DNA of 64,000 nucleotides from Eledone cirrhosa (Eukaryota): NCBI GenBank assembly GCA_964016885.1, contig OZ024743.1:278814001-278878000 (forward strand), read 5' to 3'. Under the pieces are notes generated by a model. It was not told where the DNA came from and did not search any database. It saw only the letters and a program-made list of their open reading frames with translations. The position numbers and the translations under genes are program-made. The number at the start of each line of letters is the position of its first letter. Position 1 is the first letter of the stretch. Positions 29,393 to 40,880 of the stretch are shown piece after piece.

Positions 29393-30955
29393 CAGCCACC
29401 ACCACTGCCACCCACCATAACCACCACCACTGCCACCCTGCCATAACCACCACCACTGCCACCTTGCCATAACCACCACCACTGCCACCCTGCCATAACC
29501 ACCACCACTGCCACCCTGTCATAACCACCACTACTGCCACCCTGCCATAACCACCACCACCGCCACCACCACCGCCACCCTGCCATAACCACCACCACTG
29601 CCACCCTGCCATAACCACCACCACTGCCACCCTGCCATAACCACCACCACTGCCACCCTGCCACCACCACCACTACCGCCACCCTGCCATAACCACCACC
29701 ACTGCCACCCTGCCATAACCACCACCACTGCCACCCTGCCATAACCACCACCACTGCCACCCTGCCACCACCACCACTACCGCCACCCTGCCATAACCAC
29801 CACCACTGCCACCCTGCCATAACCACCATCACTGCCACCCTGCCATAACCACCACCACTGCCACCCACCATAACCACCACCACTGGCACCCTGCCATAAC
29901 CACCACCACTGCCACCCACCATAACCAGCACCACTGCCACCCTGCCATAACCACGACCACTGCCACCCACCATAACCACCACCACTGGCACCCTGCCATA
30001 ACCACCACCACTGCCACCCTGCCACCACCACCACTGCCACCCTGCCATAACCACCACCACTGCCACCTTGCCATAACCACCACCACTGCCACCCTGCCAT
30101 AACCACCACCACTGCCACCCTGCCATAACCACCACCACCGCCACCACCACCGCCACCCTGCCATAACCACCACCACTGCCACCCTGCCATAACCACCACC
30201 ACTGCCACCCTGCCATAACCACCACCACTGCCACCCTGCCATAACCACCACCACTGCCACCCTGCCATAACCACCACCACTGGCACCCTGCCATAACCAC
30301 CACCACTGCCACCCTGCCACCACCACCACTGCCACCCTGCCATAACCACCACCACTGCCACCTTGCCATAACCACCACCACTGCCACCCTGCCATAACCA
30401 CCACCACTGCCACCCTGCCATAACCACCACCACCGCCACCACCACCGCCACCCTGCCATAACCACCACCACTGCCACCCTGCCATAACCACCACCACTGC
30501 CACCCACCATAACGACCACCACTGCCACCCTGCCATAACCACCACCACTGCCACCCTGCCATAACCACCACTACCGCCACCCTGCCATAACCACCACCAC
30601 TGCCATCCTGCCATAACCACCACCACCGCCACCCTGCCATAACCATCACCACTGCCACCCTGCCATAACCACCACCACTGCCACCCTGCCATAACCACCA
30701 CCACCGCCACCCTGCCATAACCACCACCACTGCCACCCTGCCATAACCACCACCACTGCCACCCTGCCATAACCACCGCCACCCTGCCATAACCACCACT
30801 ACTGCCACCCTGCCATAACCACCACCACCGCCACCACCACCGCCACCCTGCCATAACCACCACCACTGCCACCCTGCCATAACCACCACCACTGCCACCC
30901 TGCCATAACCACCACCACTGCCACCCTGCCATAACCACCACCACCACCGCCACCA
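29393..30955. repeat. 26-bp minisatellite (CCACCCTGCCATAACCACCACCACTG), ~60 copies
   Basis: Direct periodicity with CCA-slippage length variants. An internal ~295-bp block is duplicated (CTGGCA variant at 29985 and 30280). Confidence 0.97.
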
Positions 30956-31120
30956 CATGTGCTATCAGCCACATCATTGCTATTGGTGATCAACGTAATC
31001 TTAATACTTGATAAAATACAGCCGTTCAAAATTTAAAGAAACTTAGCTAAATATAAAAATACGCGACGATATTCATACCCATAAACATTACAAACACAGA
31101 CACAGTCACCCACATACATA

Positions 31121-31710
31121 CATATTTATATACACAGACATATTTATAAGCACACAGATATATTTACATGCACACAGACATATCTATATACACACAGACA
31201 TGTTTATAAGCACACAGACATATTTACATGCACACAGACATATCTATATGCACACAAACATATTTACATGCACACAGACATATTTACATGCACACAGACA
31301 TATCTATATGCACACAAACATATTTACATGCACACAGACATATCTATATACACACAGACATGTTTATAAGCACACAAACATATTTACATGCACACAGACA
31401 TATCTATATACACACAGACATGTTTATAAGCACACAAACATATTTACATGCACACAAACATATCTATATACACACAGACATGTTTATAAGCACACAAACA
31501 TATTTACATGCACACAGACATATCTATATACACACAGACATGTTTATAAGCACACAAACATATTTACATGCACACAGACATATCTATATACACACAGACA
31601 TGTTTATAAGCACACAGACATATTTACATGAACACAGACATATCTATATGCACACAGATATATTTATAAGCACACAGACATATTTATATGCACACAGACA
31701 TATCTATTTA
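31121..31710. repeat. 20-bp minisatellite (CACACAGACATATTTACATG) with 60-bp trimeric higher-order repeat
   Basis: Variants TATTTACATG / TATCTATATA / TGTTTATAAG cycle every 60 bp in 31321-31620. Confidence 0.95.
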
Positions 31711-31897
31711 TATTCATATACATGCAAATGCAACAAAGCAAACAACACAGTACAAAAAAGAAAAATGTTAGTTTATCGCTTAACATAGAGAATTTACGTT
31801 TCAGACACTAGTCTCTTATCAGAAGATAAAATGAGATATAGAAAAGGGAAATAGTTAGATAAAGAATGAGAAGAAGGAACGGAATTTTTTTTTTTTC

Positions 31898-31949
31898 GGG
31901 GTGGGGGTGGGGTGTGTAGGGGTGGGGGTGGGGGGGGGGGGGGGGGGGG
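31898..31949 (+). other. G-run cluster, potential G-quadruplex
   Basis: GGGGTGGGGGTGGGGTGTGTAGGGGTGGGGGT followed by poly-G; more than four runs of at least 3 G. Confidence 0.6.
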
Positions 31950-31990
31950 TCATGTGATTATTCAGTCAGCCACAACGTAGAAAATAAAAC

Positions 31991-32041
<51 letters not shown>

Positions 32042-32068
32042 TAATAAATTCATGTATATATATATATA

Positions 32069-32500
32069 CTAGCAGAGGTACCCGTTGCTCGGGTATTAAA
32101 TAGCAGTTGTGTATACCATTTATGTCAATACTTCAGTGCTGCTTCGAAAACTATACTTTTACAAAAGCATCCGCTTTTTCCAAAATGGGTTTCCTGCCCT
32201 CCAGGGGTCCCCTACTCAATATGTGCCAATTCTGAGAGTTCACATTCATCTGTAGGACAAACATAGCCCATGTGTCAAGTTTTATGAAAATCGGTTGCGA
32301 ACTCCAGAAGTTATGACGTTTTGTTGCATTGCACTGCAGTGCTTCAGTCGACTCCAAGGAAGTGGTGAAAGGGGGTTATCTGCCAGGAGGCCCTAGAATC
32401 AATATCTGGAAAAATTAAAGTGCCCATGACCATGTGGAGTACATAAGTAACCTGTCTTAAGTTTGGTGAAAATACTGTAGAAATACATCAGGTTTACACA
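32069..32500 (-). mobile_element. Non-autonomous Helitron-like element, 3' part
   Basis: Minus strand ends CCCGAGCAACGGGTACCTCTGCTAG|T (hairpin plus CTAG before T), like the end at 62063. Two diverged ~190-bp internal units. No clear 5' TC end. Confidence 0.6.
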
Positions 32501-32645
32501 CACACATACGCGCGCGCGCGTGTGTGTTTGTGTGTGTGTATGTATGTGTGTGTGCGTATGTATATGTATGTGTATGTCCGTCGGCGCATACGTATGTACT
32601 GGCCTAAATCTTAACTATTTACTTTTACTATTTTAAGGCAAAGTT

Positions 32646-32758
32646 AAAATCCCGTCGAGGCTAACTTTGCCTTTCATCCTTACGGGGGTCGATAAAATAA
32701 AGTACCAGTAATGTACTGGGTAATTGCTGGCCTTGTGTCAAAAGTAGAAACAACTATT
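32646..32758 (+). mobile_element. 5'-truncated tRNA-derived SINE
   Basis: Shares CTTTCATCCTTACGGGG-TCGATAAAATAAAGTACCAGTAATGTACTG and the 3' end with copies at 40321 and 41467. Confidence 0.85.
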
Positions 32759-33829
32759 TTAATAACCTCTGTCATTTTCTTAACAATTTTATTTACAACA
32801 TTTTTAAACTCCGGGGCTGGAAATCATTCGGTTATTTTAAATAGAATATTAGTCTAACGACTCCATTTACACCATAAACTTGGTCTTGTCTTTGCATGTA
32901 ATTGTTCTTTTCGGTCCACATAACGACGTATTATCCTCGCTTTTTTCCCGTTCATTGCCAGGGAACGTCTTCACGAACTAAAATATCGTCTTTCTGTTTT
33001 CCTTCGGTTGCAACGTTTCTCTAAATATTTAATTCTGCGTTTACAGATTGAATTTTTTAGTTTCAGAAGATCCCGTTAAGGGTGAAAGCAGCGATTCTTT
33101 GCTTAAACTTTCTTTCTTTCTCAACCCCTCTCCCTTTTTTCTCATACATTCTCTCTCTCTCTTCCCCCCCCCCCATCTCTCTCTCTCTCTTTATATATAT
33201 ATGTGTTTGTGTGTATGTGAACCAGCGTTCCTCGCCATTATCTTTCTCTCTATCTGATTATCTTGTACCTCTCTCTGTATAACGACCTATCTCACTCTCT
33301 CTCTCTCTCTACATCTCCCTTTCTCTCTTTAGATGTATATGTATATGTGTGTGTGTGATATATATATATAGAGAGAGAGTTGCAGAATCTATGTAGTTTC
33401 ATAGATTTTTGAGGGTATTAGTGTATTCAAATAAGCTTGTTTTCAAGTAAAAATATTTTATTTATAGTTGCACAACAACATTATAAATCGTTTGCTTCAG
33501 AATGAAAATATAAACAAACAACATAACAAATAAAAACAAAATATAAACAAACAACATTACAAATCGTTTGCTTCAGAATGAAAATATAAACAGCATATAA
33601 ACAAATTTACAGTAGAATAACATAACAAATATGTTTTAAATATATACATAAATAACATTACAAATGCCTCGGTAACACTACAAAGGATGATACAATGAAA
33701 GATATATTCCTTCAATGCTACAATATTAAAGAAAATGTAAAGGAAGGGGTGAACAACGGAGTAACACCAGAGCAAAAGATAGCAACGTCGCGAATACTGG
33801 GCAACCTCCCTAATGATTTTTGAGGCAAG

Positions 33830-34309
33830 CCAGCACACTCGTTACTTCGGGTGATGGCGAGGCTGATGGCGAGGCTGATGCGCTGAAATATTGTTTTAAA
33901 AGACTTTTTAATGGAAATGAAGCAAAATGGAAGCTTAATGTTGAAACTTCGAACTCATGAATTTTGCAGGTTAAAATTTTGCTGGCCCGAAAACTGTTCG
34001 TGTATTTTTGTACTTTTGCACGCGTAGTTTGTTCGTAACGTAAATAGATAAACAAATGACGCCATAAAAGGGAAATAACTCGTCTCGAATCTCTATTTAT
34101 ACATTTGAACTGAAAAATTAATACATTACAAATTCGATTTTTGCACTTGGCGTGGGTCAATTTGAAAATGTTTTTGACCGATGTCTCCGCCGGACCTTCA
34201 TCTACAAGAGTAGCAATTTCTCCGAAATTTGAACGTATGGTTTAGAAGGAGATGTGTGCCGACCGTTTTAGTAGACAGACAGACACACAACTTCAGTTTT
34301 ATATATATA
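33830..34309 (-). mobile_element. Degenerate Helitron-like non-autonomous element
   Basis: Right end (CAGA)n-CAACTTCAGTTTTATATATATA matches the 5' terminus of the element at 62063-62591. The left end is degenerate. Confidence 0.45.
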
Positions 34310-34637
34310 CACAAACACGTCGGTGCATTAAGCATGCCCATATATGCGTCTTTGTACGTACGAATCTCTCTCTCTCCCTCTCTCTTTCTCTCTCTATCTC
34401 TCTCTTTCTCTCTCTCACTCTCCCTCTCTATTCCTGTATATATATATATACAATAACTTTCTTGTACACACACATACATATATGTAAGGCAATTATTGGG
34501 ATATCAATATGTCTAATATGATCTCAAAACCATTTCTGTATATGACCAGTGATGCTGTGTCTTTTGTGTTCATATGATTTCCCTCGAGTTGTCTTAAATA
34601 CATTCCAAATAAAAGAAAATTAAAGCCAAAAAATGTA

Positions 34638-34660
34638 ACTACTACTACTACTACTACTAA

Positions 34661-34694
<34 letters not shown>

Positions 34695-34760
34695 ACCGCA
34701 GCAGCTTCTACTGCTGCTACTACTACTACTAATACTACTGCTACTACTACTACTACTACC
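34638..34760. repeat. (CTA)n/(CTG)n compound microsatellite
   Basis: Direct reading. Confidence 0.95.
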
Positions 34761-34767
34761 ATTAATG

Positions 34768-34978
34768 GTTTCTTATATAGGCACAAGACCAGTAATTGGG
34801 TGGGGGGGGGTCGATTAAATCGACGCCAGTGCGTGACTGGTACTTTATTTTATCGATACCATAAGGATGAAAGGCAAAGTTAACCTCGGCTGGATTTTGA
34901 ACTCAGATCATAAAGAGTTGTAACTCTATGCTGCAAAGCATGGCGTCCACCCTCTACCAATACTGGCAATCCCCCGCC
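34768..34978 (-). mobile_element. tRNA-derived SINE, full length, long 3' variant
   Basis: Reverse complement has a GGCGG head, A-box-like and GTTCAAA B-box-like motifs, the conserved central domain CTTTCATCCTT..GTATCGATAAAATAAAGTACCAG and an extra GTCGATTTAATCGAC hairpin. Confidence 0.85.
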
Positions 34979-34989
34979 CTACTACAAAT

Positions 34990-35169
34990 AATTGTTTCTA
35001 CTTTAGGCTCAAGGTCAGCAATTAACCAGTACATTACTGGTATTTTATTTTATCGACCCCGTAAGGATGAAAGGCAAAGTTAACCTCGGCGGGATTTGAA
35101 CTCAGACAGTAAAGGGACGTAAATATGCTAGAAAGCATGGCGTCCAACCCTCTACGGATACTGCCAATC
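34990..35169 (-). mobile_element. tRNA-derived SINE lacking its first few bases
   Basis: Reverse complement is closely similar to 41467-41652. A box TGGCAGTATCCGTAG, B box GTTCAAATCCC. Confidence 0.88.
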
Positions 35170-37251
35170 ACAAGGGCCGAAATATAGGGGACAATACAAA
35201 ATACTGGGACAATGGATGACCACCCAGGGTTCGCTCATGTACCCCACCGATCCTGAAAGACACGCCGCTTCGAGAGCAACCTGGAAGGGCACCCCTCTCC
35301 ACCTCAAATTTACCCACCTACAGGCGCATTCTCGCCACATTCACCCACCTTTCAGTAAATGTACTGGGGGGCAGCACTCCTCTCTCGACCCTCACCTTCC
35401 TTTCCAAGTGAAACTTGAAAATGTTGATGAGGGATTGGCCGAAGAGAAAAGTGTCTGTTTTCAGTCCTTTCAACCTCGTCCACCATACAACCTCTTTCGC
35501 TAGTGCCACCAGACAGAAGAAAATTGCCTGCCCTTCCTGGCCAAAAGAAGGCGGCGGGTCGATATTCACTATAGTCTCGGCCGATAGCCGGATCCGTTCT
35601 ACACGCCACAACAGCTGTTCAACATAACTCCACAAGTCAGTAATGCACGGACACTGGACGAGTGCGTGCAGAACGGTTTCGTCGCTCTGCGCGCATCTCG
35701 GGCAGGTCCGCCTGACAGCGCTTCCGTGCCTGTAGAGTTTATCTCGAACCGGTAGAGCTCCCTGGTAGCACTGCCAAGCGAGGGATTTTTGGAAATTATC
35801 CATCGTCCCCGGCTCGAAAGTCCTCCAGTACAGACTGGGTAGTTCGACTTCGTTGACTCCCAGAGCCTCTCCGAGTGCGACGTCGCACTTTCCCACCACT
35901 AATCCTCTATAGAACTCGAGAGTGGAAGTTCCACTGACCGCATTGCCCACCTGGTAGAGGGCAGTGAGTGCCTGGCAACATTCCAGATGCCAGTCACCCA
36001 GTCTCGGTCTCTTCTTGACCCAGGACTGCCGCTCAGTCAAAGAAACGAGCTGCGGAAAGGGCTCTCTGACAAACGGCAACAAACCTGTTCACTGTTTTGA
36101 CAGAATATCTGGAGATGCCGCAGCACAGCGCGTGCCTGCGCATCATTAGCCACAGCATGCCCAGCCCTCCACGTAGAGGGTGCTGGCAGCAAATGGACCG
36201 CCTCACCAGCGGAACCTGACCCCTCCACAATAATTTGAAGAGGAGCCGCTCACAGATGGCGAGGCGCGAACGGGGGCAAGGGACGACGGTCAGACGGTAG
36301 TAGATGACGGACGCGATGTACGCGTTCGCCATCTCCGCAAGACCATTCAGTGATAGCTTCACCCCAGCCCATTTCTGGGTGAGACTGGCTACCCTGCCCG
36401 TCATCTCGTCCCAATTCTTATCCACCTGGAGGTCTGGCCCAAACCAAACCCCGAGCAACTTTACCGGTCCGTCCGTCCAGCACATAACGACGCTGTTGGA
36501 CGGCATGGACTTGCCTCTCCAGGTGCCGAGTTGCAAGCCCACCGACTTTTCTGGGTTTTGCTCCCGTCAACCTTTCATATTCCTCCAATAAGTTGCCGAC
36601 CATCTCGATTTCTGAGGTGTCCGTCACCATCACGGTGATGTCGTCCACATAAGCCAACACAGCCTTTCCGCGTCGTGGTTCGAGCGGGATGCCCTGCAAC
36701 AGCTCCAGCTTCCGCAGTAAAGGCTCGAGAGTCAATACGTACAGAAGGGAGGAGTGAGGGCACCCTTGAAGGACCGATCGGGAGACCTGAAACGGTTCCG
36801 AGAGGTGGCCATTAATTTGACCATCGAGCAGGTGCCGCTGTGCATTGCAGCGATCCAGCTTCTGAAGACGGGGCCGAAGGCAGCCGCCCTGAGGACAGCC
36901 TCCAGGTACCGATGGTCGACCCTATCGAATGCTTTCGATTGATCTAAATTGATCAGAGCCCCACCGAAGCCAGGTTTACACCCTACCCTCTCTATGATGT
37001 ATCGCGTTAGGTGGAGGTTGTCGTGTATGGACCATGTTGGGATTGTGCAATTTTGCGCCTCCCCAACCAAATCCCCGACGACAAGCGCCAATCTCTTCGC
37101 TAACACCCTGGCCAAAATCTTAAACTCTGTGTTGAGCAGAGTTATGGGCCTGAAATTTTTTAATGTGTCCCTCTTGTTCTCGTTTTTCCTTATCAGCGCC
37201 ACTACGCCCCGGCTCACAGAACTGGGAATAATCCCGTTTTGCTGCCAGTTG

Positions 37252-37252
<1 letters not shown>
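35170..37252 (-). mobile_element. 5'-truncated L1/Tx1-like LINE: frameshifted ORF2 (RT plus C-terminal zinc-binding domain) and 3' UTR
   Basis: ORF pieces 36732-37217 (NFRPITLLNTEFKILA, DQSKAFDRVDH), 36418-36735 (YVDD), 36033-36542 (KLLGVWFG, GGLG) and 35318-36082 (CPRC..ETVLHALVQC). Confidence 0.93.
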
Positions 37253-37301
<49 letters not shown>

Positions 37302-37324
37302 GACATAATGATAATAATAATAAT
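37253..37324. repeat. (CTA)n then (ATA)n microsatellite, probable LINE tail
   Basis: Lies directly 3' (minus strand) of GGCCAATAAAAAAAG at the end of the element at 37325-38680. Confidence 0.85.
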
Positions 37325-38680
37325 TCTTTTTTTATTGGCCACAGGGGTTTACATATTGGGTACAATACAAAGATCAGTAACAATGACGGCTTACAATAAA
37401 ATCGTAAAAAAATGTATATAAACAATAACAATAAACATTAATAATTAAAACAACAGATTTTTCCAATAGGGTGAACTCTGGTACCCCTCAAATCCTGAAC
37501 CACCCGACGCTCAAATCAACCGGCCAACAGGCGCAAGCTCCGAGTAGGCACATACACATGAACCATTCTCGCCACATTCAACCACCTTTTAGCAAATGTA
37601 GGAGAGTAAAGTAAGAGAGGAAAGGTCTACTTACCTCCCGGGGATTTGTGGAGGTCGAGTTGTTCCACCTCGATATTTGGTTGGATATTTGTTGTTTTGA
37701 GAACACCTTTAAAGATCTACGTGTTTGTTTAAAATTCCAGGTTCTCACATCTCCCTAATTACTTTCTATGCACCAAGCTACATACGTACATACCATCATG
37801 AGATCTGAACCCGCGAAATTTGCTGGTGGCAAATATTTTCTCCTCCTTTTCTATTTCTTGGCTTCATGCTATGTTGGCCATCAATTCCTCGTTGGCCCTT
37901 CTTATTAGGACGAAGTTTTGTGTGTATTGTTATTCAAATGGTTGTTGTGCTGCCGGGACGCTGGGAATGTTGTCCTTCACTGTTCGTCTGTCTATATGGG
38001 ATGGTTACCTGATAACCTGGTCCGTTCTGCAGGAGGCCCAGGAGTTTTTATGGCAAAAGCATCGGTTTTGAACAGCACTGTGATGGTGCCGAACTGTCTC
38101 GCCCTTGCTATGTACTTCACGTCTTCTCTGAGGCATTTCAGAGCAGCCTCTACTTGAAATGGAGGTGGGGAAATGCAGTTAAACTTTACGGGTTTGTAAT
38201 GAAATGCATTTATAAATCAGTGCACTTCTTTGCGTTGTTGCCATTGCTTCGGCCGGGACTGTTAGGTTAATGCACGTTATTTCAATGCTTGGGTTGAACA
38301 TTCTTCCTTGTCTGAAATATCCATTTGAAAGAATTGTCTCGATTTTGCAGCCCCGGTTGCAAATGCGCTGTTGCTGTTGATGTTGATGTTGCTGTTGTTG
38401 GTTGTATCTTGCCGCCGTCGTACTTCCTCTCGTTATTGTTGGCGATGTGGTTATTGTTGCAGTTGTTTTGGGTGTTGTTGGTGTAGTTGTTGTTTGTGTT
38501 GTTGTCATTATTGCCGTTGTTTCTCTCGTTTTATTTGTGTTGTTGTTGCTGCTGCACTTGTTGTTATTGACGATACTGCCTAAAGTGCTGTTACCTTTCA
38601 TACTGGTAGTGATGGGGCTGGCCCCGCTCAAAGTTTGAGCCGCTGTCACGTGAGAGCAGGCTTAACGAGAGGGGGCTTAA
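37325..38680 (-). mobile_element. Internally deleted L1/Tx1-like element: degenerate ORF1-like region joined to the last ORF2 codons and 3' UTR
   Basis: 37561-37610 encodes PTFAKRWLNVARMV, homologous to STFTERWVNVARM at 35325-35365, and the 3' terminus resembles 35170-35215. ORF 38179-38649 continues by frameshift into VKYIARARQFGTITVLF. The ORF1 call is by resemblance and position. Confidence 0.6.
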
Positions 38681-38890
38681 TCTGTCCATATGTTTAAACG
38701 AAACATTATTTGTAAAATGTTCAAATCTTTGCGTGTAAGGCTGAAACATTTTGGGGTCACCTTTCCACAAGGCTGGTGTCTTATGACCCCCCCCCCCCCC
38801 ATGTAAGAAATATTCTCAACAAAATACAAATTCAAATAACTTCCCCTAAAATTATTGACTTTAAGCCTAAATCAGAAACCATTATATAAG

Positions 38891-38913
38891 CACACACACA
38901 CAGAAACATAACA

Positions 38914-38991
<78 letters not shown>

Positions 38992-39029
38992 CACACACAC
39001 ACACACACGCAAACAAACACACGCACACA
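38891..39029. repeat. (CA)n/(TA)n microsatellite
   Basis: Direct reading. Confidence 0.95.
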
Positions 39030-40320
39030 TTCAGCTACTGTGAGGAGTACAGGATAAATTATTGGATATTGTGATACTTATGTTAATCTGAGACCACAAA
39101 GATCCACCATGAGATATTGTGGCCTCTATATTAATGTTGAATAGTAATGATCCATCATTAGTAAATGTATCCCATATACTGTACAAATCTGGGATAGAAT
39201 ATAAATGTTAATGTAGTGTAGTCTTGAAAGAATATCGATACAGTCAACATTTTCCTCCACAAAAATTCATGTCCAAGCAAGAAATCGAAATATATTTCTA
39301 TTAAACAGCTTTCTATGGAACAAACATTCTGTCGAATATCGTTGCTGAACTTGTTATTTATATTGTTACTGTTGCTGTTTAGCCCGAGTTCAATGTGGAT
39401 TGAGCAAATGAATGATTAAAATTGTTCCAGCCATGTAACTTCCATATCCATGTTGTGGTATTTGTCTACATTATCTAATCTTTCGTTTTATATATTTAAA
39501 ATAGCAAGACGTTGTTTGATGGATATTCGGTTGTTATTTCTAGAATATCGAGCGACTACGTAGAGGCTTTTTCATTGGGGGAGTTTTTCTGCACGCAGCT
39601 AAATTTCGTTACGACATTATACATTCTAGCAGAAAATCTACACTTCAGGTGGTTTTCTACTAGCATGTGTCGTGCGCTTATTGATATTATACGCAAATAT
39701 ATATGCATGTAGATATGATACGTCGATAAAATCGTAATTGACAATATGCATAGAAATTGAATAGAGACTGTGTTACACTCTCTTCTGTAATCAGTTAAGT
39801 AACCAATGATACATTTAAAACAGACTGCATTGTGGCGAAATGTTACGAAAACGAAAAGAAGAAAATAAACCTCGGAAATATAAAACTTATATAACTATGC
39901 AAATATATGAACGTTTATATAAGCGATTTGATGCAGCGTACGGTGAAGCGATATGATAACCGGAAGTGTTGATATTTGAACATTTTAAAAGAAGTGAATC
40001 TTAAAATAAGCAATCATTAAATATAAGAATATTCATGTTCAATCAAGAGAACATAATATTCATTCATGATTTATTCAAAGTAATCCAACTTATTTTAATA
40101 ACGTGTTCAGAAAAAATATCCTTGATACAGTCTCGCAGTCCTCCAAACATATAAGATTTGCGATATATAAAATGTGGTTCTGTTGTAACTACGTTTGCTG
40201 TTTGCTTCTCTCTTTCAAAAGTGGCGAGTTAATTATGTTTTCTTCAATTCTGCAATTGTTCTAACATTCAGAATTCTTAAAAAATTACGTTTCACTAACT
40301 CTCTAATATTATCTTTACGA

Positions 40321-40512
40321 TGGCGGTGGATTGGCAGTATCGGTAGAGGGTCGGACACTATGCTTTGAAGCATAGAGTTACGTCGCTTTATGATCTGAGA
40401 TCAAATCCCTCCGAGGTTAACTTTACCTTTCATCCTTACGGGGTCGAAAAAATAAAGTACCAGTAATGTACTGAGTAATTGCTGGCTTTGTGCCAAAAGT
40501 AGAAACAATTAT
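40321..40512 (+). mobile_element. Full-length tRNA-derived SINE with conserved central domain (resembles the Meta-type SINE domain)
   Basis: GGCGGTGGA head, A box TGGCAGTATCGGTAG, B-box-like GATCAAATCCC, then TTTCATCCTTACGGGGTCGAAAAAATAAAGTACCAG. Superfamily assignment is from memory, not a search. Confidence 0.88.
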
Positions 40513-40609
40513 TTTTACGATTCGATAATTCTCTATTATAATTCTTATATGTTGTTTCTTATGTTATTGTGATTCCCCACTTTGCCGTTTTGCCGGCCGT
40601 TGTGTGATT

Positions 40610-40880
40610 ATAGGTTTCTTGGGTGGTTTAATGATAAGAGTCCCAGTCATATCATATCACTATTTTTTCCGGTGAGCGAAGGCGGAACTTAGACTCAGAA
40701 CTGGAGCAGATTTTGCAAGGCATCCTGTTCGGTTCTAACAATTTTACCAAGTTACAACCTTGGGTCGGCAATTTATCAACGGCGAAATGTTAATACTGAA
40801 TTCAGTAGGATTTCAACTCAGACGGTAGAGAGAATACATAAATACCGCAATGCATCCAATCCAACGTTCTGACAACTATG
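40610..40880 (-). mobile_element. Two highly degenerate SINE relics
   Basis: Residual GGCGGAACTTAGACTCAGAAC and GGATTTCAACTCAGAC motifs resemble the reverse B-box region of the SINE family. Confidence 0.4.

Noticed and set aside
28352-31788. Long ORFs in the 39-, 26- and 20-bp repeats and the GAA tract
   Set aside because: They are open in several frames at once and are simple translations of stop-poor repeats with frame-shifting unit lengths.
33474-33592. 43-bp direct repeat at 76-bp spacing
   Set aside because: Ordinary local duplication in A-rich DNA; no element hallmarks.
39890-39970. Octamer ATGCAAAT and ETS-like CCGGAAGTG as a promoter
   Set aside because: Short motifs are expected by chance and no linked gene is visible.
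40321-40420. tRNA gene
   Set aside because: A/B boxes are present but there is no cloverleaf; it is the head of a multi-copy SINE.
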